Positions 23,184 to 34,443 of a DNA stretch of 64,000 bases are shown in pieces. A program made the translations under genes and the position numbers. Under the pieces are notes generated by a model that saw only the letters and a program-made list of their open reading frames with translations, searched no databases and was not told the origin of the DNA. The stretch spans positions 2,666,001-2,730,000 of the forward strand of contig OZ218958.1 in NCBI GenBank assembly GCA_965112735.1, written 5' to 3'. Numbering within the stretch: the first letter of the stretch is position 1; the number at the start of each line of letters is the position of its first letter. This DNA comes from Phaeosaccion multiseriatum. Lineage: Eukaryota > Protista > Ochrophyta, other classes.

Positions 23184-26100
23184 TCACACGTCAAACTCAT
23201 CTCCCCTGCGATGCAGTCCCCAGTGCTCATCCCCCTTACTCTTGGCTTCCTGACTCCGTTCGTTGAGATTCACAGAAAACACTGCCTGAGCGCGGGCGTG
23301 GAGGTCTGCAAGGGCTCCGAAATTGCCCACCTGGGGAGGGCAGGGTAGCAAGCAGTTGGTGATACAGCGGCAGCAGCCGGGGGGGGGGGGAGCAGGTTTG
23401 GGAAGTGCATGGTATGCGAAGGGACACATGATAGACGAAAGGAGGGGTGTGGGTTAGGTTAGCAAGACCCCCTTTCCCATACACCTCCATCCGCACCCAC
23501 CATCCCACACATCTCCACCCACCTCCCACCCACCCACTGAATCATTGACTTACCATTGCCTCCATCTCCGCCAGCTTGTGGTAGAGCATGGCATGGTGCG
23601 GGTCAGCCTTGAGCCCCCTCTCAAAGAGCTCTCGGGCCTTGTCAATCCGCCCCACGGACTGCTCCATCTTGGCGTAGGCGCAAAAGAGAGGTCCGTGCAA
23701 AGGGTCTGCTCGCAGCCCGAGCTCGAAGATTTTGCGGGCACGGTCAATCTGAGGTAGAGAGAGAGAGAGAGTCAGAGGGAGATATTTAGAGGGAGAGAGA
23801 GAGAGAAGGAGAAGAGAGACGGGGAGACGAGACAAGAGGGAGGGCGTGGGAGAGAGAGGAGGAGGAGAGAGAGAGAGCGTAGGAGGGAGAGGAAGGAGGG
23901 GGGGAGGACCGACGAATGGTTGTTTAGACTTTGGGAGAAAGGGCTTCACTACGCTAACGCGCGCATCAACACGCCGACAAACATACAATCACGTACTCAC
24001 GCACGCACACACGCACGCACGGGCGCATGCATACACTCATCTACCGGCTCTCTCCCTCAATGCACGCACACACACACACACACACACGCACACGCAAACA
24101 CGCAAACACACGTACACACACACGCACCTTTCCACTCTCTCTCTCAATAACGGCGTATATAACCCAACACGGGCCGTGATTGGCGTCCTTCTGCAGGCCC
24201 TCCTTGATGATCTTCCTCGCCCGATCCAAGTTCCCCATTCGAGTCTCCATCACTGCCCACGCTTGGTACAAAAACACGTGCCCGGGACAGCGCTGAATGC
24301 CTGCCTTGAGTAAGGTCCGGGCTCTGTCTGTCTGATCGAGGCTAATCTCCAGCATGGCATAGGCTTGCCACAGCGCTCCGTGGGTGGGGGATTCCTTCAA
24401 CCCAACTTCATAGAGCGTTCGAGCCACGTCGAGGTTCCTTTCTCTGAACTCCATCACACCCCACGCCTGCCAGGCTTGCGCGTGGGTGCGGTCGGCTTGG
24501 GTGGAGGCCTTGAAGAGCTCTCGGGCTTCGTCGAGGTTTCCAAGTCGTGATTCGACAAGGGCCAGCCCGAGGAGGAGAGGGGCGTTCATGGGGTAGCGGT
24601 GGATGCCCTTGGAGAAAATGTCTCGGGCCTGGAGATGGTATAAAGAGAGGGAGAGAGAAGAGGGTTGGGTGAGGGGGGGGGGGTGGACAGAGACAGAGCC
24701 AGATCAATCGAAGGAGTGCACGGTAGGTCAACAGAGTCCACGCACAACCACACTCACGCACACGCGCACCTACACACGCACCCCCCCCCCCCCCCATATG
24801 CACACACATCCACACACCTCCATGATCCGATGTCCGTTGAGCATGAGATAGCCAAGTGAGTGCAGCAGGAAGCTTGTGTCGTCCCCACTGTCCCTCTCCA
24901 GGCCCTTGCTAAAGAGCGCCTCCGCCTCTACGGTATGCCCTTGCTTGGCCTCCAGTGCTCCTAGCCCTTGCCACACGCTGGCCATGTGGTCGCATCGAGC
25001 CTCGATGGCCCGGCGGTAAATGCCCCGTGCCCGCTCCTCGTTGCCTCTCCTGTAAAGAAGGAGGAGGAGGAGGACGGGGAGGGAGAGGAGGAGGAGGTGG
25101 TGGAGCAGGGGGAGGAGGAGGGTGAGCACGACGTTGATGTCCTTGTTTAGCTGCGATGACTACATTAGCAAACAACGAACATAAAAAACGAAGACATTGC
25201 ATGTAAAACTACACAAATCATACTTGTTTGGTCTCACCTCGCCTCCATGGACGCATATGCGTTGTAGAGTGGGCCGTGCGAGGCGTCCACGCTAATGCCC
25301 AACTCAAAGAGCTTACGGGCTTGTGCCACGTGTTTATCCACCGACATCTTGAGGTCGCTCACCTCTTTGTCGGTGAGGGGAGCAAGCTTTCGTAAAGGGA
25401 GTGAAAAGGAGGAGGGAAGGGGGAGGGAGGGTAGCAGTGGTTAGAGTAGGCATCGAAGGAAGGAAGGACGGGCGACTGATGACAGAGGTGGGATAGGGGA
25501 CACACACACCACACACACAACACACTACACACACCTTCAGCCCCTCCCTGTCCTGACACCCCCTGTCCTGACACCCCCTGTCCTGACGCCCTCTGTCCTG
25601 ACACCCTTTATCCTGACACCCTTTATCCTGACACCCTCTGCCCTCACACCTGTCCTGACACCCTCTATGCTGAAACCCATCCACTGTCCTGACACACACC
25701 CCCCCTCCACAAATAACCCACAACACACACCTTCAGCCCCTGCCTCGCCGCCTGCTGCTGCACATCCAGACTGTGTCCGCCGTTGCTGTTCCTCCTGAGC
25801 TTCATTTCGTCTCGCTGGGCAATCCGGTCTTCCAGGAGGGCCCAGGAGACGTAGGCAGGGGCCATGGGGCGTATCTCGATGCTCTTTTGGTAGTACTGAA
25901 TAGCCGAGTCAATGTACCCGCGGCGGTTCTGTTTAGGGTGTGTGCGTGCGTGCGTGTGTGAGGCGGTGAGTGCACGTGCAGAGCGAGGCAGAGCATACAA
26001 CACTCACCCACACACACACACACATACACACATTTGTCATGGGAGCGAAAATGGGAGCAAGCGAGAGACAGCCGACAGCCCCTCCCCCGGCCCTACAACC

Positions 26101-26757
26101 TACATCCACTCCCACACCTACATACACCCACCCATACACGCGCACGCCCACACACACACACACACGCCCACACACACTTACCTCGATCAAGCCCAGGGTC
26201 TGCAGAAGCGACTGCTCCGCCGGGAACAAACGTCTCGCGTCGGAAACAATCTTGAAGGCCTTGTCAAGCAAAGCCGGGTTGTCCTCAGACACCGCCGTAC
26301 GGGCCAAAATGGTACCCCACATGTTGAAAAGTTGGGCATCCCCGTGGCGAAGGTTCCGCGCCCCTTCCAATGTGAGTAGGGCCTCGTCTGTATCTCCTCT
26401 GCGCAGCTGCAGCTGGGCCACTGCGATGTGCACCTTAACATTGGTAGGGTCACATTCTCGAGCCTTGAGTAGAAGCTCCTCCACACGCACAAGGTCTGGG
26501 AAGGTACTGCTGACACCGCCACTTCTGCTACCACCGCTGGAGAAAAGGGACGTTACATCGGCGCCACCTGATATTGCGGCTGCCGCTGTCTGTGCTGGCC
26601 CGCTGCTGTTTTCAATACTACCACTACTACTACTACTACTACTCGCCGTCGTGCCCGGAGGAGGAGGGGCGCCTCTCCTGGCTGCTGCTGCTGCCGCTGC
26701 CAGTCGCGCCTCTCCTCTCGACTTCCGCTTCCGTCTCTGTTTCCCCCCCTTCCCCAC

Positions 26758-26793
<36 letters not shown>

Positions 26794-28139
26794 GCTGCTA
26801 CTGCTGCTATTGCTGCTATTGCTGCTACTATTACTACTGCTACCACTGCTGTTGATTCTGCTGTTGCCTGTGACCGATTCCTCCACACGCGCCCACGCCA
26901 TGTAAACATAGGCGTGGTCTCCCCTGTCCAGGCGCGGCAGATTCGCTCGAAACACTTCTCGGGCCTCCTCGATTCGACCCCGCTCCGCCTCCATCTCTCC
27001 CAATGCACAGACAATTTGCGCTTGCGGCCTCCAGGCAAGGGCTTGGTTGAAGAGGCGGCTCGCCATATCAAAGTTCTTGGCCTTTTGCTCAAGGAGGCCG
27101 AACGCGTGGCACACGTAGGCATTGCCCGGATCTACTTGCAGACCCTGCGTATGTGTGTGTGAGTGAGAGGGGGGGGGGGGGAGGTGAGGGGAAGAGAGAG
27201 ACAAGAGAGAGATGCGAAGGAAAGAGGACAGACGCAATCATGATGGGTGAGAGATACATGGATAGATACATTCTGTCACGTGAGCAAACACCTCCTTTTA
27301 CCCCCGGTCACCTCAACCCAACTTACCCGCTCAAAAAGCTCCCTCGCCTTCTTTATCTTCCCATTCTTGTGCTCCATCACCGCCCACGCCTGAAGCAAAT
27401 GCACATTGCGGGGGCACTGCGCCGTGGCCTGTCCAAAGACTTCCCTCGCCGCCTTGACCCTCCCCCTTCGCTGCTCCGTTCTCGCCAGTAGCAGCCATGA
27501 GTGCGAGTCTCTCGGACTGAGCTCCAGACACTCTCGCAGCTGCGCAATGCCCTTCTCGATGTGGCCTTGCCGCAGGTCGTGCTGGGCGTTCAAGTACATG
27601 CTCGTCACCCTTTCTCGCATCGATCCACCCTGTCCCTGCTCCTTTATCGGCCCATGATGATGATGATGCTGCTGGTGCTGGTGCTGGTGCTGGTGCTGCT
27701 GCTGCTGCTGCTGCTGCTGCCCAGAGTGGCCACCCGCTCCTCGCGCTACTCCTCCTTCTCTTCCTGCTGGCGCTCCTGATGGTGGTTGTGGTGTCCTTCT
27801 TGGGAGGAACTGGGCAGAATTGGCCACCATCGTCAGGCGCACCGCATCTCGCGGGGCGTAGCTGCAGGAGCTGCTACTGCTGCTGCTCCTGCTGTTGAGG
27901 TTCCTACACTCGCTTCTGCCACGAATGCTGCCCCTCCTCCCCCCAGCCCCTCGGTGACCAGCCGCAGGGAGGACAGCGGAAGAACGGGCGCCCAAGGATC
28001 CCACGAATGCGAATGGGTTGGCATTACTTCTGGCGTTGCTCTCCTCCAACCGTCCTGCAAAGCAAGAGCCTGAGGTGGGCAGCAAAGTGGCCGTGAGCCC
28101 CACTGCCGCAAAGCTGCGTCCTCCCTTCTTCACCTTCAT
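23184..28139 (-). CDS. Plastid-targeted HAT/TPR-repeat RNA-binding protein, Mbb1/HCF107-like; multi-exon
   Basis: Many HAT repeats (NVHLLQAWAVMEHKNGKIKKARELFERGLQVDPGN; HAQAWQAWGVMEFRERNLDVARTLYEVG); hydrophobic leader followed by AFVG and a Ser/Arg-rich transit region. The 3' end is uncertain. Confidence 0.8.
25548..25700. repeat. Intronic ~15-bp minisatellite (CTGTCCTGACACCCC-like, about 8-9 degenerate units)
   Basis: Directly visible tandem units of tcctgacaccc. Confidence 0.85.
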
Positions 28140-28422
28140 GGTCACAGACCGATAAACCCCACTCCTGCGCAGCAAGAGGTCTCAATAACCCTCCCTCTGT
28201 CACCTGTGCTATGCATGAATGTAGGGGAGGGCACGGGCCACAACCCCGTGCCCCCTGGGTCGCTGACATACTGCTCTTTTGCCAAACATCGATCATCCTC
28301 CCAACAAACCCAACAAACCCAGCGCTATGTATAAAAGCCTTTTACCACCCGCAATAAGGAGCCGAGGTTGAAGGGGAGGGGAAGCAGGGATTGGGGACTT
28401 CTTGAGGAGAAGAAGGGGTGGA

Positions 28423-31400
28423 ATGGAGGCCCTGGTACGGCTGTTCTCCGGCGCGCCAGGTGAGGTAAACGGTGCTTGTGCTGCGTTGAAGAGCGTGCGA
28501 AGAGGGGCTATTGGATGGGCTAGGCAACACAGTAGAGCCATCGTATTCGAAGATACGCAGAGAATAAATGCAAGGTAGCCCGACACCGGCTTTCCGCCCT
28601 CATGGGAGGAACGTAACCTCAAAAAGCTGTACTTAGAATCGCCCTCCCTCCCCATCTCCCTCTCTCCCTGCTTCCTTTCCCTGGCGCTCCGACCACCTCT
28701 TGCCCCGCCTACCCCCCATTGTATGTCTGCCTGCTTGTCTGTTTTCCTTTCTCTCTTTCTCTCTCTTTTCTCCCCTCCCCCCCCTCTCTCTCTTTCTCTC
28801 TGTCTATCTCTCTATCTTGTCTTGGCCTCTCCAGAGCCGCATGCTAGCCCTCGCCGCGCGTCGCTCAGCGAAATCCCAGCGGGCTTCGACGAGCTCTTTG
28901 CCCTATACAAGTCAAGAACGGCTTCCCTCCAGGGCCTCAGGCGAGACGTCCTGAGTTTCTTGCTCGCCTCCCACGATATGGCCAAGCGAATGAATGGAGT
29001 GTCAGAGCACCTCCTGGAGCTGCTGGGGCCGTCGAGCGGTCGGCGAGACGGCGTGTGTACATACGTCAACTCCCTCGGGACGCTTCTGAATGACTGCCAC
29101 GGTGGTTTGGAGAGCGCTGCCCAGCTTCAGGTGGTGGAGGGTATCGATGCCATGCTGGCCACGGAGAAGGGCATCAAGAAGCGAGCGGTTGCACGCGCAC
29201 GCTACGCCGATGCCTTTCAGCGTGCCATTCAGCGGCAAAAGAAGCTGCAGCAGCACGACAGCGGCGACGCCGAGACGCGAAGGCAGATGCAAGAGGCCGA
29301 CAAGGAGAGAGTGAGAGCCCGAACGGCATACGACGAGACACACGATGCTCTCATGGAGGAGCTGCGGGAGGAGCTGGGGGCGCAGCAGAAGGTCCTGGAG
29401 AGGGCCTTTGATGACTTACGGCGACTGCAGTTGGCTTTCTTTGATGGCTGTTCCAAGTGCCTTAGACAGGAGGACGGACCTCATCGGGAGGCGTCAGAGC
29501 TGAGCGTTAGCAGTAGTGACAGCTTGCAGCAGGAGGAGCGCAGGATTCGGCAGACCTGGGGATCAGGCTTCGCGGGTCAAGGGCCGGGGGGGGCGGGGGG
29601 AGGAGGAGGGGGGGGGGGAGGAGCGGGACAGACGGGTTTCTTTCCGCTTGCAGAAATGACAAAAGCGAATACGGGGAAGGAGAATGGCGTGGGAGTCGTC
29701 GACAATTGTGGGGCCAAGACGAGCAGAGACTACGGCATTGTCGAGCAAGTGTGCGCAGCGGCGATGGAGAGGATACTCGAGGAAGCTCTGGAGGAGGAAG
29801 TGGTGGCCTTGGTCACTGCTCGGGCCTTGGAGGACACCAGGAGGAACAATAGCAGCAGTGAGTGTAACGGTCATGGAGGCTCTCCTCCACACGGAGCGCA
29901 GAAGGACCCCATACGGCTGAGCCAGCCGCTGGTGGATGGTGCATTCGCCGCCGTCCTTCCGTCGTCGTCCGCGGAAGGAGGAGAGGGGAGAAGAGGGCGA
30001 GCAGGGAGTGAGACATCAGCAGGAGCAGAGAACGGCATGCGAAAGGGGAGTTACCAGCAGCTCTTCCCCGCATTCACGAAGCGCAAGTCGAGTCAGCGAG
30101 TGCGTGGCCTGGTGGAAGAAGGAGGAGGAGGAGGAGGAGAAGGAGGAGGAGGAGGCGACGCCGACGGCGATGAGGATGTGGGAGGGGCGTCGATGACGAA
30201 TGGAGGGGAAGGGGAAGGGGGAGGAGATGTTCTGTCCGATCTAGAGGCAGAGATGGTGGTGGAGGTAGAAGTGGGGGAGGTGGACCCGACGAGGGGTTTG
30301 AATAGTGGTGGGAGTGAGGATGGGGGAGCTAGTGATTCCTCCGACGAGGCGGACTCTGGGTTTGGCAGCGGCCTTGTCAGCCCACCCCAGATACTATTGG
30401 GCGACGACGTGGCCGGCGGCATCGGCGGACAGACTGGGACGGTTACGGAAACGGAAGCGGAGGCTGGGGGGCAACGTCTGGACATGTCTCTAACCACAAC
30501 CACGGCCACCAGCACAGCCACCCTCGGGGGCGGCTCGTCTTGCGCGTCTGCAGAGGTTGGACTGCTTCACAGCCAGGGGGTACGTCCGTACGATGGCAGC
30601 AGATGGCCTGCTTGAGAACCAGGGGCGAGGGGGAAGGGAAGGGGGGGGGGGTAAAGTGGGTAGAGTAGGTTGAATGGATGTGCTCCCCTCCCCTCCCCAC
30701 GCGCGTTTGGTGGTCTGCCTCTGTTCGATGAGGTCTTTTAACACTCCGGCGTAGTGTAGAACGGCCCTGCTATGTTCTCCTGAAGCACGGGGAGGGCTGC
30801 TGGAGTGGGGTGGTGCTGTGGAGAGTGCTCAACGTTGAACCTCCCGTGCTTCATCTTCGGTCTTCCGGTCCGTTTCGCCCCCATTTGTGGACGATCACCT
30901 CTCAATTCCCTCCTTCCCCCTCGTCTCATCCCCCCTTCCCCTCCCTTCCTCCCTCCCTTCCCCCTTGTTACTGCTTCTACTGCAGAGCTTCGACGGGTGG
31001 GTGTGCTCCTTTGACACCGACCAGCCGCCGCAGCAGCAACAGCAGCAGCAGCAGCAGCAGCAGTTGGTGATACAGCAACAGCAGCAGAGAGACGGAGAGG
31101 AGGAGGAAGCCGCCTTCGAAGAGCTCGGAGAGGAGCTGCTCCGCAGTGATGAGGACGACGATAACGTTTCCGAGTCGACTTCTCTGCGTACCCGTGCCCA
31201 AGCCGTGGAGAGGGCTGCGGCAGCGAGAGACGCCCTTCCCCTGGCCCTCGTCTTCCTCGATGTCCTCGGCCTGACTCGGGCCACAGGGGTATGCAGGGCC
31301 TGGAACAGGCGCCTCAGCACGGGAGGCACCACACCTGGGGTGTGGCACAGCTGTCTCCGCCGAGACGGTGGGCTGCCTGGCGGGAACCGCGCCGACTTCT

Positions 31401-34016
31401 ACCTACACCTTCTCTTCGACCGACCAGCGTGGATGCTGCAGCTTCAGGGGGTCCAGGGGGTTCACCACCAGCGGCCCAGCAAGAGCAAGAGACCCTCCCC
31501 ATCGCTGTTTGAGTCGCGACTGAAGGAAGCTGAGGAGATGGTGCGAACGTCGCCAAGTGTGGAGCAACTCATGCGGATGGAGAGTGAGGCGTCGTCGGAG
31601 GCTCGGGCGAGGAAGATCAGGCAGAAGTGGCGATGGATACAGGTGTGTGTGTGTGTGTGTGTTGGTGATACATGTGTGTGGGTATGTATGTGGTGTGTGT
31701 GCGTGCGTGTATGTGTGCGTGTGGGTGGGTGGGTGCGTGTAGGTGTGTGTGCGTGTGTGTGGGTGTGTGTGCGGGCGTGAAAAATTGAAATTTTGTAGCA
31801 GGGGATGGAGTCGGGGAGAGGGGAGAGGGGCAGGGAGGAAGAGAGCAGCGGTGCTCATTCATGGCGGACGCTTTTCATGGGCTGACCACTTGCACGTACA
31901 TGGCTTGCTGCTCTGTCTCCTTCCTCCACTCCTCGAAAAGGAAATCGAAACCGATCTGAGTCGGACCGCGCTGAGCCCTGTGAGAACCTCGGCATCCACC
32001 ACCGGGGGAGGGTGGGGATTTGGAGCAGAGGTGGCCACTGCCCCCCAATTTGATGAGGACAGCGACGCTGCTGCCGCTACTACTTCTGCTCCGGATACGG
32101 ACACGGATGGGGTAGAAGGCAGCGGCAAGAAGAGTGGTGGTGGTGGTGGTGGTGGTGGTGGTGGTGGTGGCAGTGGTGGCCGTGGTGGCCGTGGCGGCGG
32201 TGGTGGTATGTGGAGCCGCGACGGGGAGGAGGAGGAAGAAGAGGAAGACAGAGTGGAGCAACTCGCCAAGCTGCGGCGGGTGTTGTGGGCTTTCGCCGTG
32301 CACAACCCCCGTGTGTCGTACTGTCAGGGTATGAACTTTGTGGGACAGGCTTTGCTGGACATTGCACAGGGTGAGTAAGCGAGGAAGGGAGGGGAGGCGA
32401 GGCGAGGGAAGGGGAGGGGGAGAGGAGAGGGGATGGGATGGGATGGGATGGGAGGGGGAGAGGAGAGGGGAGGGGAGGGGAGGGGATGGGATGGGAGGGG
32501 AGGGGGAGAGGAGAGGGGAGGGGATGGGATGGGATGGGAGGGGGAGAGGAGAGGGGAGGGGAGGGGATGGGATGGGAGGGGAGGGGGAGAGGAGAGGGGA
32601 GGGGAGGGGAGGGAAGGGGAGGGGGAGAGGGGAGTGAGTGAGTGGGTGGGTGGGTGAGCGAGTGAGTGAGGGTGCATGAGAGCCTGCGTGAGTGAGTGAG
32701 TGAGTGAGTTAGTGGGTGGGTGAGAGAGTGCTTGAGTGAATGCCTGCGTGCTTGCGTGCGTACGTGCGTGGATGTGTGCGTGCGTGTGTGCGTGTCATTC
32801 TCACGGGTACAACTCCCAAGCGCCTCTGACCATGCTGACCCGTCGCGCCTCACCCCTCCCCTGTTCCCCTCTATCGTTACCCACACCCAGGGAGGGAGGA
32901 AGTAACGTTCGAGATCATGGTGGGGATGTGTGAGCGCATGTCAATGGAAGACATGTGGCGGCCTGGTGTGCACCGACTAGAGTTTTGCTTCATGGCCGTA
33001 GAGAAGCTTTTGGAGCAGCGGGCTCCTCGCCTTGTGCAGCATCTCAATCGAGAGGGAGTGGGCCTTAGCCTCATCACCAGCCGGTGGTTTGTAACACTCT
33101 TCACTAGTGGAGATACCTTTGGTGAGGATGAGAAGGAGGACGAGGACGAGGACGCGGACGAGGACGAGGAGGAGAAGGGAGGAGGAAGAGAGAGGAGGAG
33201 AGAGGAGGTGCAAGTGATCTTTTTCTCTTCTCGGGAGGCGTTCAGGTCCCTACCCCCCCTTTTCGCATGTTTTGATTCCTTTTCCCCATCGCGAAATACC
33301 CCATTGCTTTGCCGAAACTGAACAGTGCCATCCTTCCCTCCTTCCCCCCCTCCCTCCCTCCTCCCCCGTCTTTCTCTCTCCTCTTTCTCTCCTCCATACC
33401 CACACTCCCAGGCCCGGCAAGCGTGAGACGCATCCTCGACCTTGCCCTTGTTCACCGCTGGCCATTCATCTTCGGTCTTGCCGTGGTCGTGCTGCTCCGG
33501 CTCGGCCCCAGCCTGGAAAGTGCCGACTTTGAGACGATTGTTCGCTTCATGAAGAAGCCCCGTGCTAAGCTCTTTGGCCTGCGAGGGGGTGGCGGCGCGG
33601 GTGAGGTTAGTCGAGGAGGAGTAGGAGGAGGAGGAGTGGGTGCGGCAGCGGCAGCGGAGTCTCTTGCCGAGCTCATGTTGGCAGAGCAGCTCTTCACCTC
33701 GGCACTGAAACTGGGCATTAGCGACGAAATGCTGCAAGGGTTGGAGGCGGAGCATTATCTCGGCATTGCATCTGAAGGCGGCGGCGGCGGCGGTGGTGGT
33801 GACGGCAATGATGATGACGGTAATGATGATGATGAGGACGAATATGACCGTCGCGCGACCCGCCTGGCCAGGGGTGGGACTGGGATAAGCCCCTCTGGTG
33901 GGGGAGGCGGGAGCGGGGGGGGCAATCGCAGCCGAGTGTCGAGTTGGAAAAAGGATGTGGAGGACGCCTTCTCGGGCTTGACTTGGAAGGCGCCACAGCT
34001 GCAGCTCCCGCGGTGA
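28423..34016 (+). CDS. TBC-domain Rab GTPase-activating protein with N-terminal BAR-like helical domain and F-box-like motif; about 6 exons
   Basis: TBC arginine finger EIETDLSRT and glutamine finger YCQGMNFV, LRRVLWAFAVHNPRV, RWFVTLF. N-terminal long amphipathic helices. ALPLALVFLDVLGLTRATGVCRAWNR resembles an F-box. First exon 28423-28459 splices in phase to 28835. Confidence 0.85.
32385..32635. repeat. Intronic polypurine GGGA/GGGAT repeat tract
   Basis: Directly visible. Confidence 0.85.
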
Positions 34017-34443
34017 TGGGGAGGGAAGGGAGGGGAGGATCAATCTCGACTGCCCCCCCCTGCCCTGCCTTGCCCTGTCTGACCAGCCAGGGTGGTGCAG
34101 GCAGGCAGTGGGCAGCGAGTGTCTTTCTAAACTCGGCTAAGGCTGTTAATAGTACAAGTTTATTGTACTTTTTTCTTCTTCTATTATTACTTTTTACTGT
34201 GATCAATATTCCCTGTAACACACGATGTGTTCTCCACATGGTTCAACTTTTGATTCCACACGGTGTGTGATGTTTGCTTCTGTCTCCCTCACTCCAAACC
34301 AAGTGAGTGTGAGTGTGTGTGCGCAAACGAAAAACACACACCTGCCTAGTTTCGATCGGTCTTGGGCTGTCGAACCCTCTTCCTCTCCACCTCCATCTTG
34401 CCTATCCTATCCTATCTATCTATCTACCCCACTCCATCGCGCT

